Below, piece after piece: positions 1 through 10,881 of a stretch of 64,000 nucleotides of DNA. This stretch comes from Candidatus Eremiobacteria bacterium (GTDB lineage: Bacteria; Vulcanimicrobiota; Vulcanimicrobiia; Vulcanimicrobiales; Vulcanimicrobiaceae): contig CAVWUU010000003.1 in assembly GCA_963758295.1 (NCBI GenBank), positions 128,001-192,000 on the forward strand. The letters are read 5' to 3'. The position numbers and the translations under genes are program-made. Position 1 is the stretch's first letter. The number at the start of each line of letters is the position of its first letter. Below the pieces are notes generated by a model, which saw only the letters and a list, made by a program, of their open reading frames with translations, was not told the DNA's origin and made no database searches.

Positions 1-1
1 C

Positions 2-2569
2 GTGGCCGCAATGGGACCGGAGTTTTCCGCCGGCGGGGATCGCGGCATCTATCGAACGACGGACGGCGGCGCCCACTGGACGCGCGCCCTCTACGTTAAT
101 CCGACGACCGGAGGCAGCGACGTCGCTTTCGATCCTTCGAATCCGCTCGTTGCGTATGCCGGGACGTTCGACTACCTCCGCGAGCCGTAGCACGTTTCGC
201 GGGGGCGGTCCGGGAGCGGCCTGTACAAATCCATCGACGGCGGGAAAACGTGGAAGAAACTGACGGATCCCGCATTGCGCAATGGCTTGCCCGGCGGAAT
301 CATCAACCGCGTCGGGTTAACGGTTTGCGCGCACCATCCGCAAACGCTCTACGCGATCGTTCCGACTAAGAGCGGCATGCTCTATCGTTCCGACGATGCG
401 GGCGGCCACTGGAAGCTCGTGAATGCGTCGCAAGATTTGGTCTTCCGGCCGTTCTACTTTTCACAAGTTCGCGTCGATCCCGAGAACGTCAATGAAGTTT
501 GGATCGTATCAGGCGAATTGCGCCGCTCCATGGACGGTGGCAAGAAGTTCCACGACGTCTATGCCGGCGGCGATAATCACGATCTTTGGATCGACCCGCA
601 GAAGCCCAACGTGGTTCTCCTCGGAAGCGACATGGGATTCAACCGTTCCGTCGACGGCGGAAAAACGTGGATCTATGTCGACACGGTGCCGTTCTCTCAA
701 GTCTATCGCGTCGGGTACGATCGCGAATTGCCGTATCACATCATGGGCGGCATGCAAGATCACGAGGTCTGGTGGGGACCCAGCAGTCTTTGGAACGGCG
801 CCGGAATAGACGGCGGCTCCTGGCGTAACATTTCCGACTGGGGCGACGGGCAGTACGCGTGGCCCGATCCGGCCGACGCCAACATCATTTACGAAGACAC
901 GCACTTCGGCGATCTCACGCGCCGCAACCTCGCGACCGGTGAAGCGCGGTATATAGGCCCGCAACCCGTCATTACGTTTGGTGCCGGCGCCGGGTCGATG
1001 CCGTACCGCTTCAATTGGAGCGCGCCGCTGATCGTTTCTCAACACGCGGCGAACCGCGTGTACTACGGCGGAAACGTGCTGTTCCAGAGCAACGACCAGG
1101 GCAATTCTTGGCGAGCTATCAGTCCCGATCTCTCTCAGCCGTGCGATAAGGCATGGCTCGCACCAAGCGGCGGCCCCATCACTCACGACAACACCAACGC
1201 CGAAACGTATTGCACCGTCTTCGCTATCGCCGAAGATGCCGATGACGGCACGTTGTGGGCGGGAACCGACAATGGCAATCTGCAGATTACGCGCGACGGT
1301 GGCGGGAGCTGGAGGAATGTAATCGCGAACGTTCCGGATCTGCCCGCGCGATCGTGGGTCGCGTCGATTGACGCTTCTCACCGCGCAAGCGGATCGGCAT
1401 ACGTTACGTTCGATCGCCATCGCTTCGGCGATACCAAGGCGTATGTGTATCATACGACCGATTACGGCGCGCATTGGGCAAACGTTTCCGGCGGGTTGCC
1501 CAGCTGGGCGTACGTAGTGCGCGAAGATCCGCGCGAGCCGGATCTCCTTTTCGCCGGGACCGAACGCGGGGTATCCGTATCTTTTGACCGCGGTGCGCAT
1601 TGGAGCGATCTGCAACTGGGCGACGACCGGGTTCCGGTATACGATCTGCAAATCCAGCCGGATGCGAACGACCTGATCGCCGGCACGCATGGCCGCGGTT
1701 TTGCCATCCTAGACGATATCACGCCCCTCGAGGGCCTTGCGCGAGCGGTGCACGGAAACGTCGCGCTGTTTGCGCCGCGCGACGCTTGGAAGTACCAAGC
1801 GCGTCCGACGCACGACTACGGCCAAAACGAATTCATCGCCGATAATAAACCGTACGGCGCGATTGTTTCGTATTACCTCGCTCCGCGGCCGCGTATCCAC
1901 GATAAGAAGAAGAAACGAACCGAAACCGTGACGCTCGTAATTTTGGACGGCAGCGGAAAAGTCGTTCGTCACTTAACCGGAACCGCAAAAGATGGTGTGA
2001 ACCGCGTCGTGTGGGATCTGCAAACCGATCCGCCGGGCGGCACGCACGCCGCGCAGGATCCGCGTCCCTACTACGTCTTTTATCCGCTCGATATCGAGGG
2101 ACCCGAAGCCATGCCCGGTCCTTACTCGGTCCGCTTGACGGCTCGCGGCGAAACGCTGTCGGTGCCGCTTACCGTGCGCCTCGATCCCTCCGTAACCGCG
2201 TCGACCGGCGATTTGCAGGCGCAATATAACGCAATGGAACGCTTGGCGCAAATGCAAGAACGCGGCGAACGGTGGCTGGCCGCTATTAGAAAGCTCGAGA
2301 AGAAGCATCACACGGCGGCCCTCGACGCCCTGGCTAACCGCCTGCGCAACGGTGACGGAAGCGAAAACGCCGGATATAAAGATCCGGCGCAAGTCATCGA
2401 TCAAATTGCGTATCTTCGTCACATCATTGCGACGTCGTACGCCGGACCGACTCAAATCCAGCAGCAGTTGATCGACCGCTACGACAAGGAGTTGCGCGCA
2501 ATCGAACCCGATGCGCGCAAGCTCTTAAACTACGGTGACTCCGACGCGAATCCGCGTACCTCGACGTAG
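2..2569 (+). CDS. BNR/Asp-box repeat (VPS10/sortilin-like) beta-propeller glycosyl hydrolase-like protein, 5'-truncated
   Basis: Repeated S/T-x-D-G-G-x-x-W boxes. ORFs 2-190 and 275-2569 are in the same frame, separated by one TAG at 188-190 where Trp would be expected (REP*...GSGLYKSIDGGKTW). Confidence 0.8.
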
Positions 2570-3438
2570 CCTTCGACGATGCGAGTTTCGAGGGTCGGCT
2601 GCGCAAGCGTGGCAGGCCCGTCGAGCACGCGGCCGTTTTCCAGAGAAAATCGCGAACCGTGCCACGGACAGCGAATACTGCAGTCCTCCAGCCGGCCCTG
2701 CGACAGTGGGCCACCCAGGTGCGCGCAGGAGTCTAGCAATGCGTAGACCGTTTCGCCGCGACGAACCAGAACGATGTTGCGTCCTCGAAGATTCGCACGG
2801 TGCGGCTTTTCTTCGATCAATTCCGTGAGCGGCAACAAGCGGACATAATCCAGCGGCAAGTCCTCGGCAGTCGCGTGATTCACGCCTTGCGTTTCACCGA
2901 AAACCAGATGACCGCCAAGTCCCGCAGCCAATAGCGCGATTCCGTACCCGGCGAACGACGCGACGATTCCCCGGCCCCGCGAACGTTTTCGTAGAAACCG
3001 CGAAGCGACAAACGCGCTCAAAGCAATGGTGTTACATGCGGCGTGAATGACGCCGACGCGAGCCGGGCGGCCGTAGGTTTCACTCCAATCCGCGAGGCCC
3101 GATGCAGCGGCGCCGAGCGCGCCCACGATGCCGACGTCCACGGCAAGGTCCGCCGCCCGTTCGAATCCCTCGTCGTCACGGAGGAGCGTGATGGCATCGA
3201 AGATTGCTGCCATCGTCCACGCGCCGATCGGCACGTCGGTAAGCACGGGATGCAACGGATGTCCCACCCACGTCCCATGCAGAAAGTTCTTTATCTGACG
3301 GTTACCGTCAAACGCTCGCTTGACCGCCGGCTGGACGTTTTGCGTGAACGTCTGGACGGCTGGTTGATCTTGGGTCGCACGTACGATGCCGTCAAAGAGC
3401 GGATTGCCGCCAAATGACGACGCGGGTTCTTGCGCCAT
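2530..3438 (-). CDS. DUF2231-like membrane domain fused to a Rieske [2Fe-2S] domain
   Basis: GHPLHPVLTDVPIGAW N-terminal membrane domain, then Rieske motifs CAHLG and CPWHG. Confidence 0.85.
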   Translation of the reverse strand: MAQEPASSFGGNPLFDGIVRATQDQPAVQTFTQNVQPAVKRAFDGNRQIKNFLHGTWVGHPLHPVLTDVPIGAWTMAAIFDAITLLRDDEGFERAADLAVDVGIVGALGAAASGLADWSETYGRPARVGVIHAACNTIALSAFVASRFLRKRSRGRGIVASFAGYGIALLAAGLGGHLVFGETQGVNHATAEDLPLDYVRLLPLTELIEEKPHRANLRGRNIVLVRRGETVYALLDSCAHLGGPLSQGRLEDCSIRCPWHGSRFSLENGRVLDGPATLAQPTLETRIVEGYVEVRGFASESP

Positions 3439-4685
3439 GCGTGCGGTTTACCCAGACGCGACGGGATTCGAGCATACGCGTGGATGGGCGGGCAGAGCAG
3501 CAGCCACGCGCAGGAAACTACGCCGATGAGGCCGCCCACGAGCACTGTGGTATGAATGCCCGCAACTTGGGCGAAGGCGCCGCCCGTCATGGCGCCGAGA
3601 GGAAGCGCGCCCCAGATCAACGTGCGCATCGTGGCGTTCATGCGGCCCATCATCTTGTCGTCGACCGTTAGGACGCGGATTTCTTGCTCGACGATGTTGT
3701 AAACGGGACCGGCAAGCGACAGCAATAGGCGGCCGGCCAGAATCGACAAAAACGGAAACGGCGCGATAAGAAACAGCAGTTTCGCCACGCCCGAAAGCAT
3801 CGTCGCTGCAGCGAGAGTCGTACGGGGGCCAAGTCGCGACGCGACCGGCTTTGCCACCATGCCGCCGAGCAAGCCGAGATTTCCGAATCCCATAAGGAGT
3901 CCGAAAGTCAGCGGCGACATGTGCAGCACGCGGTAGGCGTAGATTGCGAATACGGCGGTCACCATCGAGCCGCTGAAGTACGCCGTCGAGCTGGTGAGCG
4001 CGATCGCGCGAAGCTGGCGCGCATTCCAAACCAGCGCTAACCCTTCCCAGAATTCTTCAGCAAATTGTTTGAGCGCATTCTCGGCGTGAGGCTGCATTTC
4101 GATTTGTTCTTCGACGCGCATTCTGACGAGCGAGAACGACGACACGACATAGGTGAGACAGTTCAAGATGAGAGCGAGCGGCGCACCAACGAACTGGACG
4201 ATAACGCCGGAACTGCTGTTGCCGACGGCTTCGGCGGCCGACGCCGACATCGTCATCTTGGCATTGCCCTCTCCGAACTCGTCACGGCCGAGCAAGGACG
4301 GAACAAAGGCGCCGAAGGCCGTGTCGAATACGACGTTTGCCGACGCCGTAATGGCGGCGCAGATAAAGAATTGCGTTAGCGAGAAGCGATGGAGCGCAAA
4401 TGCTATTGGGAGCGAGCCGATACTCAGAATCCGCACTAAGTTTGCGGCGAGCATCAACGGACGGCGTTTGAACCGGTCGACGATAACGCCCACGAAGATC
4501 GCGAGGATCGCGACGACTGAAAACTCGAGGCTTTGAAGAGCGCCAACCTGAGCGGCATTGGCATGAAGCACTAAGATCGCAATTGTCGGAAGGGCAAAGA
4601 TGCTTAGCTGTCCACCAAGCTGAGAAACCGATTGGCCGCTCCAGAGCAATGAAAAATTGCGCCGGCGCTTAAGGTCATCCGTCAC
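3291..4685 (-). CDS. MFS transporter
   Basis: About 12 hydrophobic segments and motif A (GVIVDRFKRR). The C-terminal tail overlapping the next gene may be spurious. Confidence 0.85.
   Translation of the reverse strand: MTDDLKRRRNFSLLWSGQSVSQLGGQLSIFALPTIAILVLHANAAQVGALQSLEFSVVAILAIFVGVIVDRFKRRPLMLAANLVRILSIGSLPIAFALHRFSLTQFFICAAITASANVVFDTAFGAFVPSLLGRDEFGEGNAKMTMSASAAEAVGNSSSGVIVQFVGAPLALILNCLTYVVSSFSLVRMRVEEQIEMQPHAENALKQFAEEFWEGLALVWNARQLRAIALTSSTAYFSGSMVTAVFAIYAYRVLHMSPLTFGLLMGFGNLGLLGGMVAKPVASRLGPRTTLAAATMLSGVAKLLFLIAPFPFLSILAGRLLLSLAGPVYNIVEQEIRVLTVDDKMMGRMNATMRTLIWGALPLGAMTGGAFAQVAGIHTTVLVGGLIGVVSCAWLLLCPPIHAYARIPSRLGKPHAWRKNPRRHLAAIRSLTASYVRPKINQPSRRSRKTSSRRSSERLTVTVR
3449..3453 (-). 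promoter_or_regulatory. GGGTA motif 10 nt before ATG (candidate alternative-sigma -10)
   Basis: Minus strand reads GGGTA-aaccgcacgc-ATG. The same spacing occurs at four other genes. Confidence 0.6.
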
Positions 4686-4760
4686 ATAATAGTTAACGGC
4701 GCTAAGGGAGAACCGCCTTAGCGCCGCCAGTAACGAATTGTTAAGATTGTAAAACGCGAA

Positions 4761-5708
4761 TCAAATCGTCCCGGTTTCCACCGTGAGAATTAGCTTGCCG
4801 TCGATGGATCCCGATTTACTGTGCTCCAACGCTTGAGCGGCATCGCGCAAATCTCTTTCGGCCGAGATCTTCACGCGCAGCGTGCCTTCCTCCACTAGGC
4901 GCACAAGCTCTCGCAATCCCGCGTGCGACGACTGTCGCGTTTTGTTCATCACCAGATTTTGCGCCCGGATGCTTCGCTCGTTCCATTCGTTGGGTGATAA
5001 CGCGCCTATCGTCGAGACGATGGCGCCGCCGTCTTTCAGTGCCGGCTTCACTCGCGCGATCGTATCTTCGCCGTCAACCAAATCAAGGATCGCATCGAAT
5101 GGCTCTTCGTCCGCAAGCACCTTAAACACGTCGCCTTTATCGTAGGCGATGTATCGGTCGACGCCTAGATCGCGCGCTACGGATTCATGCGTTGCGCTCC
5201 CGGTGCCCGTAACCAAAGCGCCGCGAGCGCGCGCCATCTGTGCGGCGAATTCGCCGACGCCGCCCGTTACGCCGAGAATCGCGAGCCGCGTCCCGTCCTT
5301 TACGCCCAGCGCCTCCATCGAAGCGAGCGCCGTCAATCCGGCGGTCGGTAATGCGGCAGCGTCGGCGTCTCCCACGTCGTCGGGAATCTTGCAAATCGGC
5401 GATTGATTATCGTCTTCGGGCACGATGGTGAATTCCGCATAACTGCCGTGCGAACGGGCAATCCCGAAAACGCGATCGTCGAGATTGTATTTGCGTGCAT
5501 CGGCGCCGGCGCTCACGACGATGCCGGCGAAATCTTGTCCGAGCACAAACGGCATAGGGTGTTCGCCTCGGTCGCGGATCTTCCAATCAACCGGATTGAC
5601 GCCGGCCGCGGTAATGCGAACGAGTACCTCGCCTTTTTGCGGCTCCGGCGTCGGCACCTCACGAAGCGAGCCCGCTTCGCCCAAATGTTCGACGATGACA
5701 GCTCTCAT
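4761..5708 (-). CDS. NADP-dependent quinone oxidoreductase (MDR family)
   Basis: AAGVNPVDWKIR, GQDFAG and GVTGGVG motifs. The ATG overlaps the ROK stop codon. Confidence 0.85.
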   Translation of the reverse strand: MRAVIVEHLGEAGSLREVPTPEPQKGEVLVRITAAGVNPVDWKIRDRGEHPMPFVLGQDFAGIVVSAGADARKYNLDDRVFGIARSHGSYAEFTIVPEDDNQSPICKIPDDVGDADAAALPTAGLTALASMEALGVKDGTRLAILGVTGGVGEFAAQMARARGALVTGTGSATHESVARDLGVDRYIAYDKGDVFKVLADEEPFDAILDLVDGEDTIARVKPALKDGGAIVSTIGALSPNEWNERSIRAQNLVMNKTRQSSHAGLRELVRLVEEGTLRVKISAERDLRDAAQALEHSKSGSIDGKLILTVETGTI

Positions 5709-6562
5709 GGATATCGCCTTTCCCAAAGCATTGCCGCTCCACGTACGCCGCTGGAATCACCATGAGTTGCGTGCCGTATGCTCGTTCGGACCGAATCCGA
5801 AAACACGTATCTCGTGAGTTCTTCCGGCAATCGTTTGTAGAGCGCTTCGATGTTCGAAACTCCGCCTCCAAGAACTATGGCATCCGGATCCAAGACGTTG
5901 ATCACGGTCGCGAGAGCGCGCGCAAGACGATCGATGTAAATGGCAAGCACTTCAGGCGTATCGCCGTGCTTCGAGCGTTCGCGTTCCAACGCCGGCCCGG
6001 ATAGCCAGGTTTCTATGCAGCCGTATTTGCCACAATAGCACGCAGGACCGGGAAGTTCATCGCTGCGCGGCCATGGAAGCGGATTGTGTCCCCACTCTCC
6101 CGCTATCGCGTTGCGTCCGCTCAAAATGTGCTTGCCTACGCTTATGCCTCCACCGACGCCCGTCCCAAGGATGACGCCGAACGCCACGTTCACATCGGCA
6201 GCCGACCCGTCCACCGCTTCCGAGAGGATGAAGCAGTTCGCGTCGTTCGTCATCAAGACGCTTCGGCCGAGGAGGTGCTCGATGTCGCTCTGCAGCGACT
6301 TTCCGATCAGCACCGTGCTATTTGCGTTTTTGATCAGATGGGTTTCGAGAGAAACCGAACCCGGGGTGCCGATTCCGGTCGGAGCCGGCATGTCGAGATC
6401 GCGTTCGGCATCTTGAATCAGTGAGACAATTGCGGCGACCGTCGCCGAATAATCCCCGCACGGCGTCGGAATACGCCGGCGCAGGAGCGTCTGATGCGCG
6501 GCGTCCATGCCGATGACTTCGATCTTGGTGCCACCCAAGTCGATTCCGATTGAAACTTCCAT
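5705..6562 (-). CDS. ROK family sugar kinase (fructokinase/Mak-like)
   Basis: IGIDLGGTKIE, NDANC, GTGVGGG, GEWGH and CYCGKYGCIE motifs. Confidence 0.9.
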   Translation of the reverse strand: MEVSIGIDLGGTKIEVIGMDAAHQTLLRRRIPTPCGDYSATVAAIVSLIQDAERDLDMPAPTGIGTPGSVSLETHLIKNANSTVLIGKSLQSDIEHLLGRSVLMTNDANCFILSEAVDGSAADVNVAFGVILGTGVGGGISVGKHILSGRNAIAGEWGHNPLPWPRSDELPGPACYCGKYGCIETWLSGPALERERSKHGDTPEVLAIYIDRLARALATVINVLDPDAIVLGGGVSNIEALYKRLPEELTRYVFSDSVRTSIRHATHGDSSGVRGAAMLWERRYP

Positions 6563-6590
6563 TGCGGCTTCCTTCGTCGCCGAAACGCAA

Positions 6591-6622
6591 ATGCGCACGT
6601 AGGAAATCGCCTACGTACGCAC
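6591..6622 (-). terminator. Strong hairpin, possible terminator
   Basis: Minus strand GTGCGTACGTAGG-cgattt-CCTACGTGCGCAT followed by a short T-rich tail. Confidence 0.5.
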
Positions 6623-6637
6623 TGCGTCATGAAGCAT

Positions 6638-6842
6638 CCGTGCCTCGCCGCCGCCGAAGGGCCTCTTCCGGCAGCTCCGAGTCCATGCATTGAGAATAGC
6701 GGAGCGAGCGCAGCCCTGCAGCAGCAAGGTGGGGTAGGGCCGCTAAGCCTATCGTCCCCATGGGAACCAGCGCCCGGTCCTCAGTTGCCCGAGCCGGCGT
6801 TAGGTCTCTCGCTCCTATGCGGCGGGCCGACGCAACGAGCGG
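6638..6842 (-). ncRNA. Unidentified structured RNA (possibly a divergent 6S RNA)
   Basis: Nested stems: ends pair with G-U pairs, inner stem GGAGCGAG/CTCGCTCC, GNRA-capped hairpin CTCGG-GCAA-CTGAG, and hairpin CCTTGC-TGCT-GCAGGG. Confidence 0.5.
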
Positions 6843-6861
6843 CGTTGGTGGCCTTACACGC

Positions 6862-8529
6862 TTACGACAGCGTGAGGGGACGGTAGCGGATGCGTTTGGG
6901 CTTCGCCGCTTCTTCGCCGAGACGCTTGATCTTGTCGGCTTCGTACTCTTGGTAATTGCCTTCGAAGAAATACACGCTGCTGTCGCCTTCGAAAGAGAGA
7001 ATGTGCGTCGCAATGCGATCGAGGAACCAGCGGTCGTGACTGATCACCATAACGGTTCCGGCAAATTCTGCAAGTGCGTCTTCGAGCGCGCGCAGCGTTT
7101 CCACGTCGAGATCGTTCGACGGTTCGTCCAGCAGCAGGACGTTGGCGCCGGTTAGCAATGTCTTGGCTAAATGAAGGCGTCCCCGTTCGCCGCCGGAGAG
7201 CGTTCCGACGTTCTTCTGTTGATCTCCGCCTTTGAAATTAAAGCGGCCCAAATAGGCCCGCGACGGCATTTCAAAACGTCCGACTTGCAAGATGTCGAGA
7301 CCGCCGCTGACGTCTTCCCATGCCGTTTTGCTGTTGTCGAGATCTTCGCGGGATTGATCGACAAGCGCGAGTTTCACCGACGGCCCGATCGTTATTTGAC
7401 CGGAATCAGGCCGTTCTTTCCCGGCGATCATACGGAAGAGCGTTGATTTGCCCGCGCCGTTGGGTCCGATGATGCCGACGATGGCGCCCGGCGGAATTGA
7501 AAAGCTGACGTCGTCGAGCAAAAGTTTGTCGCCGTACGCTTTGCTCACGTGGTCGAAATCGATCACGCGATCGCCCAATCGCTCTGCAACGGGAATGAAG
7601 ATCTCTTGCGTTTCGTTGCGGCGCTGATATTCGTAGCTCGAGAGTTCCTCGAATCGTGCAAGGCGGCTCTTGCTCTTGCTCTGTCGCCCCTTCGTGCCTT
7701 GGCGAACCCAGTCCAGTTCTTTCTTCAGTGCTTTTTGACGAGCGGACTCCGCGGCTTCTTCCTGTCCGAGCCGTTCTTGTTTTTGATCGAGCCACGAACT
7801 GTAATTGCCCTTCCACGGAATGCCGCGGCCGCGGTCAAGTTCGAGAATCCATTCGGCCGCGTTATCCAAGAAATACCGGTCGTGCGTAACGGCGACGACG
7901 GTGCCCGGGAAACGTTGAAGAAATTGTTCGAGCCATTCGACGCTTTCCGCGTCTAAATGATTCGTCGGCTCGTCGAGCAGCAGCATGTCGGGCTTTGAAA
8001 GCAACAGGCGGCAGAGCGCAACCCGGCGCTTTTCACCGCCCGAAAGGGGACCGATCTTTGCTTCCCAAGGCGGCAGGCGTAACGCGTCCGCGGCAATTTC
8101 CAGCTGCTGATCGAGATCGTCGCCGGCCGCGGAAATAACGGCCTCGAGCTTCGACTGCTCTTCGGCCAGCTTGTCGAAGTCGGCTTCAGGGTCGCCGTAG
8201 GCGGCATAGATTTCATCTAGGCGGTGGCGCGCTTCGATGAGCTCGCCCAGGCCCTGTTCGACCGTCTCACGGACCGTTTTGTCGGGATCGAGTTTCGGCT
8301 CTTGCTCGAGAAAACCAACGGTCAGGTTCGGCGCCGGCTTCGCCTCGCCGTCGATCTCCGTGTCCACCCCGGCCATAATGCGCAGCAAAGACGACTTCCC
8401 GGCGCCGTTGAGGCCGAGAATGCCGATCTTTGCACCCGGGAAAAAGCTGAGGGAAATATCCTTGAGGATCTGACGCTTCGGCGGCACGACTTTGCCGACG
8501 CGATGCATCGTATAAACGTATTGCGTCAC
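6862..8529 (-). CDS. ettA: Energy-dependent translational throttle ABC-F ATPase
   Basis: 555 aa with two ABC domains (GLNGAGKS, GPNGAGKS, LSGGE) and the characteristic N-terminus QYVYTMHRVGKVVPPKRQILKDISLSFFPGAKIG. Confidence 0.95.
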   Translation of the reverse strand: MTQYVYTMHRVGKVVPPKRQILKDISLSFFPGAKIGILGLNGAGKSSLLRIMAGVDTEIDGEAKPAPNLTVGFLEQEPKLDPDKTVRETVEQGLGELIEARHRLDEIYAAYGDPEADFDKLAEEQSKLEAVISAAGDDLDQQLEIAADALRLPPWEAKIGPLSGGEKRRVALCRLLLSKPDMLLLDEPTNHLDAESVEWLEQFLQRFPGTVVAVTHDRYFLDNAAEWILELDRGRGIPWKGNYSSWLDQKQERLGQEEAAESARQKALKKELDWVRQGTKGRQSKSKSRLARFEELSSYEYQRRNETQEIFIPVAERLGDRVIDFDHVSKAYGDKLLLDDVSFSIPPGAIVGIIGPNGAGKSTLFRMIAGKERPDSGQITIGPSVKLALVDQSREDLDNSKTAWEDVSGGLDILQVGRFEMPSRAYLGRFNFKGGDQQKNVGTLSGGERGRLHLAKTLLTGANVLLLDEPSNDLDVETLRALEDALAEFAGTVMVISHDRWFLDRIATHILSFEGDSSVYFFEGNYQEYEADKIKRLGEEAAKPKRIRYRPLTLS

Positions 8530-8572
8530 GGAATGGCCTTCGCGGGATAAGGGAATTGCCCGCGACTATTCG

Positions 8573-8821
8573 CTAGTTGCCGAGGAGTCCCGCCTCGTTT
8601 AGCAGGGCCTTCACGTCGTCTAGCTGCTTGCGCAGCTCGTGGATCCGAACCATCCGCCGGTTGGGATCGATGATCCACTGTTGCGCCCGCCACGCATTGA
8701 CGTGTGCTTTCAAGTTTTCCCACGCCACGCGCTCGACGCTGCCGCTGGGAAATTGCGTAAAAAGCTGCTCCGCGTTTTGGATGAGCGAACTAGCTTTATC
8801 CAGCTCGGTATCGATGCTCAC
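8573..8821 (-). CDS. Small hypothetical helical protein
   Basis: 82-aa ORF filling the gap between FUSC and ettA on the same strand. Confidence 0.55.
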   Translation of the reverse strand: MSIDTELDKASSLIQNAEQLFTQFPSGSVERVAWENLKAHVNAWRAQQWIIDPNRRMVRIHELRKQLDDVKALLNEAGLLGN

Positions 8822-8869
8822 AGTGCAACCATCTTACCCCTCGCTGAAAACGGCGAATACAGACCTCAT

Positions 8870-10822
8870 TTAGGGCTTTTGGCTACGGCTGAAGTACTCT
8901 GCAAGCGGATCGATTGCCGAATCCAACTTGTCGAGGTGCTTCCGCACTATTTCTTCGGACGTTCTACTCTCCGAAAGGTCGCGCATCAATGCGCGCAAGC
9001 CGCTTTCGATCGGCCGCCAAAATTCGTGCAGTTCGAGCGCGGGCGTCGATGCATCGGCATAGAAGCTGCCGAGGGCAATGTTGGCGAGGCCGATCCGCCG
9101 AGTGGCTGCGGCGATCGCTAATGCGAGCGAAGCATCAAGTTCGTGGGTCGAAGCCGGCTCCGCGAGCATCCGTTCGAGCGACTCGTCTGCCGCACTGCGC
9201 GCGTTCCAGACCTCATTTCGAAGAACGTTCAACGCAACGACGTCGCGCAGTCGCGGGTCGGCCAGTCCGTCGAAGAGCCTTTGCCCGTATTGGGAATCGA
9301 TTTCGAGAAGCTGCACTAAGCGTTGGCGCGTATGAGGTGCTTCCCACGTCGGCCACAGCAAATACGAGAGCATCGCGAGCGTACCGCCGGCCGACGTTGC
9401 GACGAGCCGGTTCACGATCGCGCTTTGTTCGGGAGTGCCGGTAAGCGACAACAGGAAAACGACGTACGCGGTTATGGAGAGAGTGTAAAGCGCGTAGTTT
9501 ACTTGAAAGATCGCATACCCGAGCGTTGCGAAAACAATGGCGAGCGCGAGCGACACATGTTGTGTGTCCGGCACAACTAGCACGAGCGCGGTCGAAAAAA
9601 CGACGCCGATCAGAGTTCCGCCGATGCGCGCGAAACCGCGCGAAAGAGTACTCGTAAAATCCGGCCGCAAAACGAGCACCGCGGTGAGCGGAATCCAGTA
9701 CCCTCTTTGGTGAGGAAAAAGTTCGGCGAGCGTGCCGGCGATCGCCATTACGACGGCCAGGCGCAACGCGTGCCGTCCGAAGGGCGTGTGAATCGATAAA
9801 TTGGTTCGAACGCGCGTCAGAGTATCGTCGACCGAAGGGAAAACGTCGCGCATCGCTTTGCCGTCGGGCGGATGCAGCGCAATCCCCCGAGTCGGGGCGC
9901 CGGCGTAACGCAAGGCCGTTCCCAATTGATGAAAGAGCGATTGCTGCAAACGATTGTTTTCGGGTGGATCGAGCATCGTTGACTGCTGCGCTTCCGGAGC
10001 GCGTGCATCGTCAAGCGCGTTCGCGATTTCCTCGAGGACGGCCACCACGCGCGGCTGAATTATCTCAAATGAACTATCGTCTTGTGCCGCGATCCGCGTG
10101 AGCGTCGAACGAAGGCGCTCGGCTTCATTCAAAAGCGCTTGAAATGACGCAAGCGCCGTTCGGCGTCCGAAAGGGCGTGGATCCGCAAGCGTCTTGCGTA
10201 CCGATTGAAGCACCGAACTTGCGGGAAACGCGGCGTGATCGCTGATAAGATCGCGCGCATAGGCCGCAAGCGTTCGATAGGCAGCCGCAAGTGCGCGCCG
10301 CTCTTCGGGATATCGTTGAACGGGCCACAACACGACTAAAAGAACGGCTTGAAGCACGCCGCCGGCGAGTACGGATACGCCGGCCTCAGCGGTTTGCAGC
10401 GGCGTCATCGAAAAGCTGCTGAAGACAATCAGCGCGATCGCAGCGTTTAAACAAATGCCCGCTGCCGCCGGTCCGAGTGAGGCGAAGAGACCGTAGGCAA
10501 ACCCCCATAGAGCAAGCGCAATTACCGTGAGATAAGGATGGCCTACGGTAAGCGCGCCGGCGACCGTCGAGAACGCCATCGCAACCGCCATGCCGACCAT
10601 CGTCGCAGCTCGCGTGCGGTAAACGCCCTGTAGCGACGCAAAGCCCGTGCTCATTGCGCCGACGGCTGCTGCGACTGCGTCGAGCGGATGTCCCGTAAGG
10701 AAACCGCTCACAAGCGCGATGGCAACGCCCAGGGAACATCGCGCGATGAAGAGCGGTTCCAACCGGCGCCGTTCCAAGCGGAACGCCGTTCTCGCGATAG
10801 AGCGGGCCGTTTTAAATGCCAT
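8870..10822 (-). CDS. FUSC family membrane protein
   Basis: Two hydrophobic blocks and RHALRLA...GYWIPLTAVLVLRPDF...RIGGTLIG. Start taken at MAFKTARS. Confidence 0.85.
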   Translation of the reverse strand: MAFKTARSIARTAFRLERRRLEPLFIARCSLGVAIALVSGFLTGHPLDAVAAAVGAMSTGFASLQGVYRTRAATMVGMAVAMAFSTVAGALTVGHPYLTVIALALWGFAYGLFASLGPAAAGICLNAAIALIVFSSFSMTPLQTAEAGVSVLAGGVLQAVLLVVLWPVQRYPEERRALAAAYRTLAAYARDLISDHAAFPASSVLQSVRKTLADPRPFGRRTALASFQALLNEAERLRSTLTRIAAQDDSSFEIIQPRVVAVLEEIANALDDARAPEAQQSTMLDPPENNRLQQSLFHQLGTALRYAGAPTRGIALHPPDGKAMRDVFPSVDDTLTRVRTNLSIHTPFGRHALRLAVVMAIAGTLAELFPHQRGYWIPLTAVLVLRPDFTSTLSRGFARIGGTLIGVVFSTALVLVVPDTQHVSLALAIVFATLGYAIFQVNYALYTLSITAYVVFLLSLTGTPEQSAIVNRLVATSAGGTLAMLSYLLWPTWEAPHTRQRLVQLLEIDSQYGQRLFDGLADPRLRDVVALNVLRNEVWNARSAADESLERMLAEPASTHELDASLALAIAAATRRIGLANIALGSFYADASTPALELHEFWRPIESGLRALMRDLSESRTSEEIVRKHLDKLDSAIDPLAEYFSRSQKP

Positions 10823-10881
10823 CGTGGAGTGAAAGGTTCCCTCGTAGGAGCCGCGCTTCACCATTGAGTATCCGTGCGACC

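Noticed and set aside
188..190. In-frame TAG in the first gene (and at 47199-47201 in pcrA) as possible stop-codon recoding
   Set aside because: TAG ends many clearly complete genes here (e.g. at 11790, 14253, 44469, 61800), and both cases lie in locally noisy sequence. Sequencing error is more likely.
509..1690. Long antisense ORFs (this one, 22584-23435, 24265-24960 and others)
   Set aside because: These are typical shadow ORFs of GC-rich coding strands, with no motifs.
6627..7013. Short ORFs across the ettA-ROK gap
   Set aside because: They overlap ettA and have no protein features. RNA structure explains the interval better.
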